This document shows positions 40,001 to 48,841 of a DNA stretch of 64,000 nt, piece after piece. Both the position numbers and the translations under genes were made by a program. A model generated the notes under the pieces. That model did not search any database, was not told the origin of the DNA, and saw nothing but the letters and a program-made list of their open reading frames with translations. Numbering within the stretch: position 1 is the stretch's first letter; each line of letters begins with the position of its first letter. This DNA is from a virus (Duplodnaviria; Caudoviricetes): the IMG/VR virus record IMGVR_UViG_2667527945_000002, positions 1 through 64,000 of that record, one strand, 5' to 3'.

Positions 40001-41112
40001 AGCAGGAGTCTCGTAGTGTGCATTACTCTGTACCTGTCGGGGATGTCTCTTACTACTGGTGGGGACGTCGCAATGGGGAGCACATGAAAGCGGACCTTGA
40101 TTCGATGCCTGAAGGTTTAAAGCGTGTTTCTTTGTCAGATGATGAGGTGAGAGTAAAACAAATACTGTCTATCACTTACAGCTACAGTACGCTTCCAAAA
40201 CTGAAAAAAGATCAGTTCACTAAATATCGTGATGACATCAACCTACAAAGCTACGGTAATTTCCTATTCCGTGCGGACGGTCAACTGGCGATTGCCAGCA
40301 TTGACCAATACCAGCGAGACCAGCTTGTTTTCCCAGATACCAGTGATAACGCGCTAAAACGCGAAATAGCACTGCATTACTTAAAGTTACGCCGAGAAGG
40401 TAAGCCAGCTTTTGCATGGCGCGACATCGTTAAGCCGTTTTTTGGTGCTCACTACGATCAAGAAATTGCAGAGTATGGTGATAAAGCGTCTCAAGGGGAG
40501 GTCTTAGCCGTTTGTGATCGGGCTTGGAATGATTACCAGCCAACGCTCATGGAGGGTATTCAATTGTCCTCTTCGCTGAAAGCCTTACCTGAAGCCATTG
40601 CGAAGCATCAAGCTTACCGATTGGCTCGCCAAGACTTCCAAGAAAACGCAGAAGACAAAGCCGCTGAGCTGGGTGATAACCGTGCTGAAATCAATCGCTG
40701 GGTGCGTGAATACATTGCCGGATTGGAGAGTAAACTACTTGATGATGCAGAAACGGCTAAACGCCTCGCTGCCGATGCTGAGCTAGAAGAGTTAAAAACG
40801 AATCCGGCATTCAAAGAACTTGCAGCAGAGGTTAAAAAAGGCTTTGACGATATCGGTATTATTGCTCGTTACAATTACAAAGATGTGCCTATCCCTCGCA
40901 ACGGGCGCTACCGTGCGCGTACATTGCCTGCATTCCAGCATTTCTTTTTGCAGGACAAAAACGGCAAAGCAGGGAAGCTATTTTCAGCGAAAGATATTCT
41001 GAAGAATCGCTTTGGTGCTAAATTCTGTGCGGCGGAAGGAGATTGGGAGGGCAGTTGGTGGTACTTCCCTGCTAGCGTTGATGTCGCTGAGATATTTGAA
41101 ATAATCGCCTAA
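34063..41112 (+). CDS. darB: DarB-like polyvalent protein: InPase-like domain + N6-adenine methyltransferase + SNF2 helicase
   Basis: ISIEN..G..R..YGYI..T.G.D...D.YVG..DEDKVMLGF; EYYTP, VLEPSAGAGVF, GNIPFG; GLGKT, DEAH, SATP, QRNGRGVRQG. Confidence 0.92.
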   Translation: MYKFLITTPFKSEVSILISSEWDQKSNVEMEGSDDDKKMIENFIRFHGMTPDGRLAGLPEIAPMSAHYSFTTKAAVEQGFSITFIQGEQKPYPHRDVIFDSASDDAPSFTTKPQSFKLQDRYQFQNLPISIENKAGTKRSGVDPDGSEWSVSMHYDYGYIRSTKGTDQEGIDCYVGPNRKADHVYIVKQHAIEKVKQWSSKYCPQCKEHTHDCACPEFFDEDKVMLGFDNKEQAKAAYLKQYDSDLFLGPISTMRIEDFKKAIADADGEELDLPLQFVHDHAVLDSATNEEIKALQNAKDINELESVFNQLFTPTNYADERDFGLKASGVKTREAINNKVKAIVDRIKAANWDTSSLSAEDYDLLVQYSGRGGLSENSQYEYYTPTYIAEGCWDLLNANGFDNGNVLEPSAGAGVFNATKHQGVKMTATEIDPISSAVNKILHPEDNVFNQSFETMAVESPDNHFDSVIGNIPFGSARGASAHDDPDHKNEKLIERYFINRLIDKVKPSGLLVLVVPVNIVRERGKAWQKWRAKISKKAEFLGAHKLPSKTFGKQGTGVVTDIIVLRKHSKNGAEKIAQLPMAQLQESNVLWDTFIEGKWWDRDGKPFIHGKFVAKDASKIRDDDKVIRDSSVTDVALKRKLAAKFHSRIDWEALDTAEPVIHNYVEGDRRVIDERTYEFTRGNWEPADSLQGMTTAIDKNKYGVSSLEALQGLLESNHGLMSLSVKQAFAAMKAWGHLFSKPQKQAIEFAMTQPSDEYREQIFRGSLIGADLARFQNDTNQGEWNATEQMRLQELVANEINKYGHPKQNKGLILAGESSRYFGVFSNAMDENGDYSTLLTGDVSTKGLAFDDTNPHAIVEHLYLREGMTHITLEDIQQLYKGKTPIQSLSDLADNKNLAIHPDGLVMPMTRFCSGDVYQKVLTLSHALNLETDPKLKAKYQQQLEEIEQRRFKTESENIAFSMRHKWIDRKYVLEFMHEKGYSNLDYLVDKKQVAQDDDTGSSYVENVKIRDTRSPFGEFVGYDDTQGFHKQLNNWLNGGNVTSSKQEYIEEYKERVSRLDEEFRLWMQQHKDIDDLSELYNQKFNSYIPFEHSDSDLGLEGVSAMVKPHGYQCAAVRRLSEDGSGILGFDVGLGKTFSALALAAYNKQMGRASKTLIVVPNSVLANWYHEAKMFHGKLDNALFVGFKPKQDKEGQIQREPVKDEKGNPKKNKHTGEVEYQDILIKESAEEVFDKMHQIPQTSKSLVVMTFEKYKEIQMRPVNKHKYADKWVEKSLISDQMAASTVAGDDFSLGKGKDKISYKEAVRKEALQQRFLEDGGHKKGEYPYFEDMGIQSVIIDEAHAFKNSFKAGDKTANIAYLPNPTESQRAIDMAMKMAYLRDQNEGRGPVLLSATPVTNSPLEIFNMLSLVLPVEEFEKFGVYTADDFVRVFGKVDNIEKMTVRGDIVQKDGLVGFQNLDGLRNLFHRYTLMRNAEDVNLALPDAPESHENVDMTDDQNSAYETLREEAKEASKPARQRSPNARALFAVMRDMDKVTTDMDLYNQTMTFTFPAAKAKAVDQLIAALPPSIEAERIEQTEDGEEVKRKVSIELEYQRSEESESIVLVVPDVYEQAVLDRLNDALIKSSDVSHPLPPKYAKLIANLTAELEVKGKQIIFTEEKTQHHKLKRIIVNQLGLDEKQIGIINGADAAGAKLQRIADAYNAGDIKIVICNKKAEVGVNLQKGTSAIHHLTLPWTPASIQQRNGRGVRQGNTASKVSLYYYLGKGSFDGYRLDLLNKKKSWMRDLFNGTESEAVNGNAIDNDDYLDMFEADPEAAKAKRMERLAQKQAERKRKSDLKCAVDLSQVIGLRSQLSNWETNKAEDYNRLIERKNKAQASLSRVKEKSEDSGKAEQALARVNKSIQDHDEKWQEDKRKLESRLSQRVTFLKQKASAGELPFNGEIIENPETAIVARDGTVLTIGDHLETDFGAILRIEQVEQESRSVHYSVPVGDVSYYWWGRRNGEHMKADLDSMPEGLKRVSLSDDEVRVKQILSITYSYSTLPKLKKDQFTKYRDDINLQSYGNFLFRADGQLAIASIDQYQRDQLVFPDTSDNALKREIALHYLKLRREGKPAFAWRDIVKPFFGAHYDQEIAEYGDKASQGEVLAVCDRAWNDYQPTLMEGIQLSSSLKALPEAIAKHQAYRLARQDFQENAEDKAAELGDNRAEINRWVREYIAGLESKLLDDAETAKRLAADAELEELKTNPAFKELAAEVKKGFDDIGIIARYNYKDVPIPRNGRYRARTLPAFQHFFLQDKNGKAGKLFSAKDILKNRFGAKFCAAEGDWEGSWWYFPASVDVAEIFEIIA

Positions 41113-41193
41113 CACTTAACAGGTATCTAATAAATACTTATTTAACACTCTTAGGGTATCTGCTATATTGTAGATACCCTACGGCAAGGAACC

Positions 41194-41616
41194 ATGAAAA
41201 TGAAAATAAAATTTCCAACACAGGCAGAGTTGAAGCCTCTCTACGATGAGGCAATCGACGGCCAAACAGAAGAGCAGTGGATGGAGAAGTTTCTCGCAAC
41301 TGTCACTACGATGTTACGCAAAAATCCGCTCTGGTATCGCGCATACGGGGTGTACTGGTGGGGCGTAAAGCAGATGCTGATTGAACGTAATTTAATAGCA
41401 TTCGATTTCGTTGATGCCGAATGGGTTGAAAAAATTCAATACGAAAAGCCGGCTTATCACTTACTGGCTGCATTTGCTTACCACGATGAACGGCAAGACA
41501 TTGGTGCTCTTGAAGATGATACTCACGTCATTGAGCTGGATGATGGCTCAATTGATAGCTACATTTTGATAGATGAAGACTTTGAGCTACACGCTGTCGC
41601 TAATACCCTGTCTTAA
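41194..41616 (+). CDS. ulx: Ulx-like protein
   Basis: NPLWYRAYGVYWWGVK motif; adjacent to darB. Confidence 0.75.
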   Translation: MKMKIKFPTQAELKPLYDEAIDGQTEEQWMEKFLATVTTMLRKNPLWYRAYGVYWWGVKQMLIERNLIAFDFVDAEWVEKIQYEKPAYHLLAAFAYHDERQDIGALEDDTHVIELDDGSIDSYILIDEDFELHAVANTLS

Positions 41617-41692
41617 TTGCACTAAAAGGGTATCAATTCGATACCCTTTAAACCCCAAGTAAATACCTTCCTTATTTTTTCAAACAAATCTG

Positions 41693-41726
41693 TGTTGATG
41701 CGCCCCTTATAGCAGCTGGTTACTCT
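41693..41726 (+). promoter_or_regulatory. putative late promoter
   Basis: TGTTGATGC-N19-TACTCT upstream of the portal gene. Confidence 0.7.
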
Positions 41727-41755
41727 CTCGATGTTAATTAACAGGCGAGAGAATC

Positions 41756-43417
41756 ATGGCTGAGAACAAAAAGAAAAGGAGTCTGCTCTCACGATTATTC
41801 CGAGGTCAGCAAGAAGAGGACCACAGCGGTCACTTGGAGCTAGCAGAATCCGGATTTGATTACGAAGACGCAGGCAAGATTGACGAGCTACTTGGAAAAG
41901 AAAGCGCCCAATCTGAGTCAGAAACTGAAAAGCTGATTGAACCTTTTCCTCGTAATCGTCGTGCTGGCTACTTACGTTTTGAAGAAATGGCCGTTGATCC
42001 TACGATCGACAGCGCCCTTAAAATGCACGTCGCCAACGCTCTATCTGCGAAGACGGATACAGGAGAGATCTTGTTCATTGCTTCAACCAAAGAGGGCGAG
42101 GGTGACAAGATAGTCAAAGACCTGAGAAACACAATTGGTCGATGGCTCAATGAAAACGCAGAAGCTATAGCCTTTCAAGCAGCCAAGTATGGGCTGAGCT
42201 ATGTTCGTCCATACATTGAAAAGCAGAAAGGGATCACTCATATCCGCTTTGACCACTACACACATCCTGCACACATTCGCTGTTACGAACGTGCCGGATT
42301 GCTGTGTGGCTACACCTCTAAGTACCAACGAAGCCTTGAAAAGAAGGGGTTAGTTGAACTCATGGAGCCATGGAAGTTTATTCCATTCAAAATCCCCAAG
42401 TGGGACGGTCATGGAAGCACTCTGTTAGAGCCTGTGCGCCTAAACCCAATGGCATTTGATATCAATGACGACGACTACCTAAACGAAGAACCCGTTGAAA
42501 CACAAGACTACGGTTCAAGCCTGTTACGGTCAGCCTACGATCCATGGGTTGATTTAAACGAAGCTATCCTGTCGCTCAATTCAGCGAGAAAAAATGCCGC
42601 GAAAAGGGACCGTTTCATTACCATTCAAACGGGTAAGAAAAATCCCGCATTAGCTGCTCAGTACTACAACACGATATTGGGTGCGTTAAAGCGCAAGCTT
42701 AACTTATCAGCTAAGCGCTCAGCCAAGCGTGGTCATATTTCAACAATTGATAATCACATTCTACCGGTTACCGCTGACGGGTCTGGTCAAGTCAACATTC
42801 AAACCGAACAATCAGACGTCAATATTAGCCACATTGAAGACGTCAACTTTCACGTTAATCGTCTCTGCAGTGCGCTGGGCGTTGATAAGTCATTGGTTGG
42901 TTTTACAGAAGACATGGCCGGCGGTCTTGGTGAGGGTGGCTGGTGGACTCAATCAATGGTTGCCGCAATCAAAGCAAACCTGATCCGACGAGCTATTAAA
43001 GCTGGTGCTGAAAGGCTGTGTGAAATCCACGTACTAATGAAATGGGGCAAGGTTTACACCGAAACGGACAAACCTTGGCGCATTGAGTTCAACAGCTTAA
43101 ATAATGTATTAGAGCGTGAAGAGGCAACCGCGAGAGAGTCCCGTATTAACTTTGCCACTTCAGTAGTTACGCTTATGCAGATACTGGATCCGGACCTCAA
43201 CAAATTCAATTTTAACCATACTTCAAACTGGCTTTTCACTGACGTTCTTCGTGTTAATGAAGAAACGTTTAAGCAGCTTATTGAAGCTGCGAAAGAAGGT
43301 GATGAGGATGAAGTAAACAACGTTCTGGACTCGGTTTCTGATCCAGAAAGCCACAATCAACTGAAAACCATGATTTACAGCTGCATTGCAGAGCTGATGG
43401 GAGAGGAAAATGTCTAA
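41756..43417 (+). CDS. prt: portal protein (P1 Prt-like)
   Basis: EEMA..PTI..AL..H...ALS, ETQDYGSSLL, GGLGEGG, IEFNS.N. Confidence 0.9.
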   Translation: MAENKKKRSLLSRLFRGQQEEDHSGHLELAESGFDYEDAGKIDELLGKESAQSESETEKLIEPFPRNRRAGYLRFEEMAVDPTIDSALKMHVANALSAKTDTGEILFIASTKEGEGDKIVKDLRNTIGRWLNENAEAIAFQAAKYGLSYVRPYIEKQKGITHIRFDHYTHPAHIRCYERAGLLCGYTSKYQRSLEKKGLVELMEPWKFIPFKIPKWDGHGSTLLEPVRLNPMAFDINDDDYLNEEPVETQDYGSSLLRSAYDPWVDLNEAILSLNSARKNAAKRDRFITIQTGKKNPALAAQYYNTILGALKRKLNLSAKRSAKRGHISTIDNHILPVTADGSGQVNIQTEQSDVNISHIEDVNFHVNRLCSALGVDKSLVGFTEDMAGGLGEGGWWTQSMVAAIKANLIRRAIKAGAERLCEIHVLMKWGKVYTETDKPWRIEFNSLNNVLEREEATARESRINFATSVVTLMQILDPDLNKFNFNHTSNWLFTDVLRVNEETFKQLIEAAKEGDEDEVNNVLDSVSDPESHNQLKTMIYSCIAELMGEENV

Positions 43418-44440
43418 AACGATCCTGCAAAGAATCACATGTACCTTCAATATTTTTGATACAGGTAGAAAGTACACCGGCAAACAGCGCGGTTACATAC
43501 TGAATAATGTTAAATCTGTCCTGAACTCACCAGAAGTACAGGAGCGGCTAAGATTACGTGAGCTGGTTGGCTATGTGTCACATGGGTTGCGTGAAATGGC
43601 GGGTAAGCTGACATTGGGTGAAACTTTGCCAGTACAGTTGCCTAACGGCCAAATGACCGTGGTTAACGCCATTCCAGCAAATGTGACCGTTGAGCTATCA
43701 ATCGACGATGACGGCAATTTAACTCACACTCAAGAAGTGCTCGATAATGACGAAGGACGTAAGCTACTTGGTTTGCATAATTCACGTATTGGCGGCTTTT
43801 CATGGGCCTGTGGTGGTGGGAAGCTGGGTGGTAACACGTTAATCAATGGCTTTTTTGGTTTTGATTATGTTCATAACCCTTTATTTGCTGCTAACCGTGG
43901 TTACGTGTTGGATTCTGAATCAGGAGAAGAAGAATTTGACCGTCAGGCTATTCTGGATAACTTGAGCAGTGCTGGGGTGCCTGATGAAAATAGAGAGATG
44001 GTTTTAGATGCTTTTAATGCTTCTATTGCATTTGAGTCAGCTCAATACAAAGGGATGCTTCTTGACGCTCAGCAAGTTATTGCCGATCAAGATGAAAAAA
44101 CACAAGAGCTTCAACAGCTCTTAGATAGTGCTTCAGAAGAAACTGAAGCTTTAAAATCTGAAAAAACAAGTCGAGAGCAGTTTTTCAAGCAACTTCAAGA
44201 ACGTAGTCACATTGTAATTACTGATCAGGTGCTTGACGCATTGGTTAGCGCTGATAGTGAAGAAGGCATGGAACTTATCATGCAGATGGTTATGGATGCC
44301 GCTAATATCAGCACTCAGCATTTGCCGTTATCTCAAAAAAGAAAACCTTTGTAAAGCAATTCCCAGAGCTAGATTCCGAAAGCGATTCAGATGATCCGTT
44401 CAGCATTAAAGCTTCTATGGATGCAGGGTTCTATGATTAA
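43410..44440 (+). CDS. pro: prohead protease/scaffold (P1 Pro-like); A-tract frameshift near 44340 extends it to 44440
   Basis: GY.SHG.R, P.NVT, HTQE.LD, GGFSWA.GG, GFDYV..P; acidic coiled-coil tail. Confidence 0.88.
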
Positions 44441-44533
44441 GCCTTGCTAGGCCAATGCTGGCGAAGCCAGTGTGTTGAGTAAATAAGCATTAGGCACATT
44501 GTTCCTATGTTAATAGTAAGGTTAATGTGAAAG

Positions 44534-44560
44534 AAAAAGGAGCCAAACGGCTCCTTTTTT
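44534..44560. terminator. bidirectional rho-independent terminator
   Basis: AAAAAGGAGCC-AAAC-GGCTCCTTTTTT. Confidence 0.85.
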
Positions 44561-44903
44561 ATGCTTCTTTTTTCTTCTGCTCTTTGAGCGTTTTCTCTAT
44601 CAGCTTGTTCATGCCGTCAGCAATTAACACTTGGCAAAGGTGTTTACGATTCGCAAACTGTGGGTCCAATTCTGCCAGTTTGGTACCCCATTCACGGTAA
44701 TACTCGTTTAAATTGATGTGAACTGGCTTTTCAGATGTTTTTGTTTTATCGGTTGACTCTAAAGCGTCATACCATGCAACTGTAGGTTCTGATTTTGCTT
44801 CTTCAGGTGTACTGCCTTTTCCATTGATGAAAGCGTCTGTTTCTTCTTCAGATATTTGTTTTTTTCGAACAGGTTCTCTGAATCGTTTATCTTTATCAAC
44901 CAT
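44559..44903 (-). CDS. ParA partner (probable centromere-binding adaptor, type Ib)
   Basis: Coupled downstream of parA; DAFINGKG motif and a C-terminal strand-helix-helix. Confidence 0.6.
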   Translation of the reverse strand: MVDKDKRFREPVRKKQISEEETDAFINGKGSTPEEAKSEPTVAWYDALESTDKTKTSEKPVHINLNEYYREWGTKLAELDPQFANRKHLCQVLIADGMNKLIEKTLKEQKKKEA

Positions 44904-45555
44904 TAGCCTTCTCCAATAGTTCATTAACCAAGTTGTTCATTTCAGCCTTGGCTTTTGGATCGTTCATTTCTCTAACGCCTCTGCCTGTTGCATAAGCGTC
45001 ACTATAAACCACTCGTGTATAAGCCACAGTTTCCAGTATTTCCATAGAGCTGTGCTTTTTGAGTTGTTCCTTTGTAAATTCGATGTCTTGTTCTCTCGCA
45101 TTGTGGGTCGGGGCAATCGAGATCATGCAAAACGGTTTGAGTTTGGTATTAAAGTCTTTAGCTGTATCTACAAGGTCTTGTACTTCTAAAATACTATCCC
45201 TATGGTCCTGAGTTGGACGGAAAGGAGCTAATGCAATATCAGCTGCGAGTAAACCGCTTCGCATTTCTTGTGTACGGGTTGGATCAGTATTCCCTTGAAC
45301 ATCTACGATGACAAAATCATAGTTAGTATCTAGTTCCTGCAGGGTTTTAGTGATCTTACCTCTCTTTTGAACGCAGAAGATTGTAGGTTCTAGCCCTTCC
45401 TCTTCTCGATAGGCGCCAAAGTTAGCAGTTGTACCACCTGGGTCTGCATCAACTAAACAAACAGTGTGTTGACGGTGTGCGAGTTCTACGGCCAAGTTTT
45501 GGGAGCAAATAGACTTCATTGCTCCACCTCTTTGCCCAAAAACCAAGATAATCAT
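44896..45555 (-). CDS. parA: ParA-family partition ATPase (type Ib)
   Basis: Deviant Walker A GQRGGAMKS, LVDADP, YDFVIVD, DPKAKAEM. Confidence 0.9.
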   Translation of the reverse strand: MIILVFGQRGGAMKSICSQNLAVELAHRQHTVCLVDADPGGTTANFGAYREEEGLEPTIFCVQKRGKITKTLQELDTNYDFVIVDVQGNTDPTRTQEMRSGLLAADIALAPFRPTQDHRDSILEVQDLVDTAKDFNTKLKPFCMISIAPTHNAREQDIEFTKEQLKKHSSMEILETVAYTRVVYSDAYATGRGVREMNDPKAKAEMNNLVNELLEKANG

Positions 45556-45754
45556 GAGCCTCTCCTTCTTTTGTGTTCGCACATCATAACATACAAAAAC
45601 TTATTTGATACCCATACGACACCACAAAAACACCTAATAGGTATCAGCTAGATACTTATTAGTTTGTTTTGCTAGTTTAGAACAATAAGAAAGGATATTA
45701 ATTATTGATTTAGGCGAAGCCGATCATGTGGAGTTGGTGGGTAACTGCTTGTAG

Positions 45755-45763
45755 TTATCCACA
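45755..45763 (+). promoter_or_regulatory. DnaA box of origin 1
   Basis: Perfect TTATCCACA. Confidence 0.8.
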
Positions 45764-45882
45764 AATCCACACTTATATATAACAGTTATATTATCTCTAT
45801 GAAGATCTATAATGATCTATAAAGATATATAGACCATGGAAATGTCTTTAAAATCAATTGCATACATGATTTACTATTACTG

Positions 45883-46265
45883 TTTACTCCGGTAACTAGA
45901 TCGCTTTACTCCGGTAACTGTTACCTTTTACTCCGGTAACTAGATCGCTTTACTCCTATAGCTAGATCACTTTACTCCGGTAACTATTACCTTTTACTCC
46001 TTTGAAAAATAACAACTTGTTAGTAATTCACTGTTCTCTAACCTAGTTTATTCGTTACCTCTTAACTATTACCGTTCACTCCGGTTAATCACTCAAAAAT
46101 AGCTAAACCCCTTTACTATTACTACTTACTCCGGTATTAAGTGGGGGAAATGCTAAAACATTACTCATTACTCCGCCTAATCACGAGTAAGAGGTAATAG
46201 TTAAGAGGTTCGCCACAGCAGAACGTCATAATTGGTGAGAGCACCGGAGTAAAAGGTAATAGTTA
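45883..46265 (+). repeat. iteron array of origin 1
   Basis: TTTACTCC(GGTAACT) at 45883, 45905, 45927, 45949, 45971 and 45993 (22-bp period), scattered copies beyond, and an inverted copy abutting the rep ATG. Confidence 0.9.
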
Positions 46266-47304
46266 TGAATGAAAATGAAGCCCCTGACCTTAAATCACAA
46301 CTAAAAGAGAGAACTATTACCAGTGCGGTGTCTACCGACATTCATAGTGATTTCTTCAAAAAGTCCCATGCACTTGTCTTTTCGCGCCTATCATTATCGC
46401 CAGTCGAGCATGATATTTTCGCTCTTTTGCTATCAAGGTTACATAAGGACCAGTGGGAAGACTTTATGGCAGGAAAGACTCCTATATCTCCTAGCTATGA
46501 GTTTAAAAGCAAAGTACTTTGTGATTGGTTTTGCGCTGGAAGGGATGATCTATATAACATCCTTTACAAACCCTCAGAGCGACTAGCTGGAAAGAAAATA
46601 GGGGTGACACAAGAAGGGAATTCTTTTGATTTCATCCCATTATTTAAAAGAGTGAAGTATAAAAATGGCACCCTTACCATCAAACCTAATGATGAGTTGA
46701 TTACAGAGTATTTAGGTATATCTCAAGGTCATGCTCAGATCCCGCACAAGTCATTCCGTCAAATTAAAACAGAGCATGGGAAACGCCTGTACACAATGCT
46801 TTGTCGTTTCAAATCCCCACATACCGAGCTTCATGCACAATCAATAGAAGAGCTACATGGCTTTTTTGGACTGTTAGATAAGCAAGGCACCCTTCTCAAA
46901 AAGACATACGCAGTCAATGCCAATTTTATTAAAAGGATTATAAAACCAGCAATTCAGGAGATTGGCGAAAAAGAGGATGATATTCGATTTTTGATTGATG
47001 AAAAACAGGGAACCATGGATTCTCATACATAAAGGAAGGTAGAAAGGTTGTGGGAATTAAGTTTCTCTTCCAGTGGAAACAGCGTGAATTCATCGCAAAA
47101 GACAAAGAGAGCAAAGAGGATCTAACTTACGATGATGCGCTTACCACTTATATCGATGTCGTAGAAAGAAGGCGCATTCCCTCTATCAATGAAATAAAAA
47201 ACCTGAAAGAAAATCTTATCCAGATTGGTACTGATGGTCACGATCTAGGAGGGGATTTCTTCTTGAAACTAAGTGAATCAGAGGAAGCAAGTTTAAGCTT
47301 GTAG
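46265..47304 (+). CDS. repA: Rep_3-family replication initiator (A-tract frameshift near 47003 joins the two ORFs)
   Basis: KKSHALV..LS..E, KRLY..L; one added A gives IKEGRKVVGIKF. Confidence 0.85.
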
Positions 47305-47308
47305 AAAA

Positions 47309-47346
47309 TAAACCGTGAAGAACATAAACGTTATTCACGGTTTATA
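47309..47346. terminator. hairpin between convergent genes
   Basis: ATAAACCGTGAA..TTCACGGTTTAT. Confidence 0.55.
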
Positions 47347-47356
47347 GGGGACATCA

Positions 47357-48229
47357 TTAGGCGGTTATCAGCTTTGGGTAGTAAGGTAGAAGTCCATCCA
47401 TATAGCGCCTGAACTGTTTCTTTGAGAAACCTCTAAGGGCGATCATTTCAAACGTATTGCCACGACCGCTCCCTTTGCAGCTAATTGAGCGCCTCACAGG
47501 CGTTTTGTAGACGGTGAACCCTTCTTCTCGATATATATGGGTTAATTCTGGCAAAAGCGTGTTAGTGGCGATAACAGCGCCGTCATAGCCGCTCAGCATT
47601 TGGACTATACGATCTTGTAGGTTCTCATTTTTATCTTTGGTGTATGCATTAAAGGTCTTTTCATAAGGTGGATCTATAAGAACCAGTTGAGCGTCTGATA
47701 TATCCACCTCAGAGAAACACCCACAGTTAAACGTCCAATTCTTAGCGACGCGCATGAACTCTTTTGTGTCTGGTGGAGTAGCAATGCCGTCATACTGACC
47801 GAAAGGCATATTAAAGTTCCCTTTGCGTTGACCTTGCCTAACTAAGCCATTGTAAGAGTGTTTGCATAAATACCAAAAAAGCGATGCTTCTCGCTCCCCC
47901 AACTCTTTCCCTGAATGAAGTGCTTCGTTCAACTCTTCACGGGCAGCATAGAAAAAGTCTTTTTCAAGCAAAAAGTCATTTGGATTGATCTCGTATCCAT
48001 TTGCTAAATGCTTGTAGAGATTGATGAGTGCAGGATTGGCATCATTTAGAGTGACGTCTTTAAATTCGTAGAAAAGTGAAAATGCAGCAGAACCAGCAAA
48101 GGGTTCAATTACCCGCTCAGGGGCAATGTCATTAACAATGCGCTCTGCGCGTTTAGCTAGCCAAGTCTTACCGCCGGCCCATTTTATTAGAGGTTTCATG
48201 CTATCCCTTTTTGCTATCAGTTTTCCCAA
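47357..48229 (-). CDS. Dam-like (D12 class) DNA adenine methyltransferase
   Basis: KWAGGK, EPFAGS, FNMPFG, DPPY. Confidence 0.92.
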   Translation of the reverse strand: MGKLIAKRDSMKPLIKWAGGKTWLAKRAERIVNDIAPERVIEPFAGSAAFSLFYEFKDVTLNDANPALINLYKHLANGYEINPNDFLLEKDFFYAAREELNEALHSGKELGEREASLFWYLCKHSYNGLVRQGQRKGNFNMPFGQYDGIATPPDTKEFMRVAKNWTFNCGCFSEVDISDAQLVLIDPPYEKTFNAYTKDKNENLQDRIVQMLSGYDGAVIATNTLLPELTHIYREEGFTVYKTPVRRSISCKGSGRGNTFEMIALRGFSKKQFRRYMDGLLPYYPKLITA

Positions 48230-48476
48230 ACTGCGAATGAAATATGATGGCCGTAGCTGCTTTTTGTGTGTCTAACTCAGGAATGTCACGCTGAAGGCAA
48301 GCAACCTCCTGATTAATATTGGCGCCCTGATTGATAGAAATGGCGTGCAGCCCTGCCAAAAAATGAAGTTTGTATCGAGAAGAGAAGTGAAGTAGCAGGT
48401 CATGAAAGCCTAGCGTTTTAATACGCTGCAATCGTCGATAGCGCTGTTGGTTATCTGACATTTCGCCTCCATTCAC
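48201..48476 (-). CDS. hypothetical protein
   Basis: Coupled ORF; likely start at 48461. Confidence 0.6.
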   Translation of the reverse strand: MNGGEMSDNQQRYRRLQRIKTLGFHDLLLHFSSRYKLHFLAGLHAISINQGANINQEVACLQRDIPELDTQKAATAIIFHSQFGKTDSKKG

Positions 48477-48478
48477 GG

Positions 48479-48841
48479 CTAGTCAAACCGCGATCTGTAC
48501 TTCTCGTTAGTTTCTTGTTCAAAGTGCTCTTTCATTTTCTCTTCCCAATCTGGGTAGAGAGTTTTAAGCACTTCGTTCTCTCGTCTTAGTCCGCTGCAGT
48601 GCGTACCAAGCTGTTTAATTTTGTCGGACCGTTGAATCAGGGCTTCTCTAAACCATTTAGCAATTGCAATTGGATCGCCAACATACCCAAGCCCATCACA
48701 GTGCAGGCAATCCCACATTCTAGAAAATAAACCCTCAGTTTCACCTTTTCCGTTGCACTTGGTGCAGGTTTCGGGTGCTTGGTTTGATTGGGTGCTGGCA
48801 AGCTCTATCGCTGCATCAACTAATGAGCGCTTATTCTTCAT
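48479..48841 (-). CDS. CxxCxGxG Zn-finger and coiled-coil protein
   Basis: CTKCNGKG..CLHCDGLG. Confidence 0.7.
   Translation of the reverse strand: MKNKRSLVDAAIELASTQSNQAPETCTKCNGKGETEGLFSRMWDCLHCDGLGYVGDPIAIAKWFREALIQRSDKIKQLGTHCSGLRRENEVLKTLYPDWEEKMKEHFEQETNEKYRSRFD

Noticed and set aside
12809-43483. Numerous antisense and nested ORFs in the ORF track (e.g. 12809-13192, 14638-15141, 21821-22342)
   Set aside because: They are shadows of well-supported genes, with no RBS or motifs.
45883-46010. Repeat array as CRISPR
   Set aside because: The 22-bp period next to a DnaA box and a rep gene indicates iterons.
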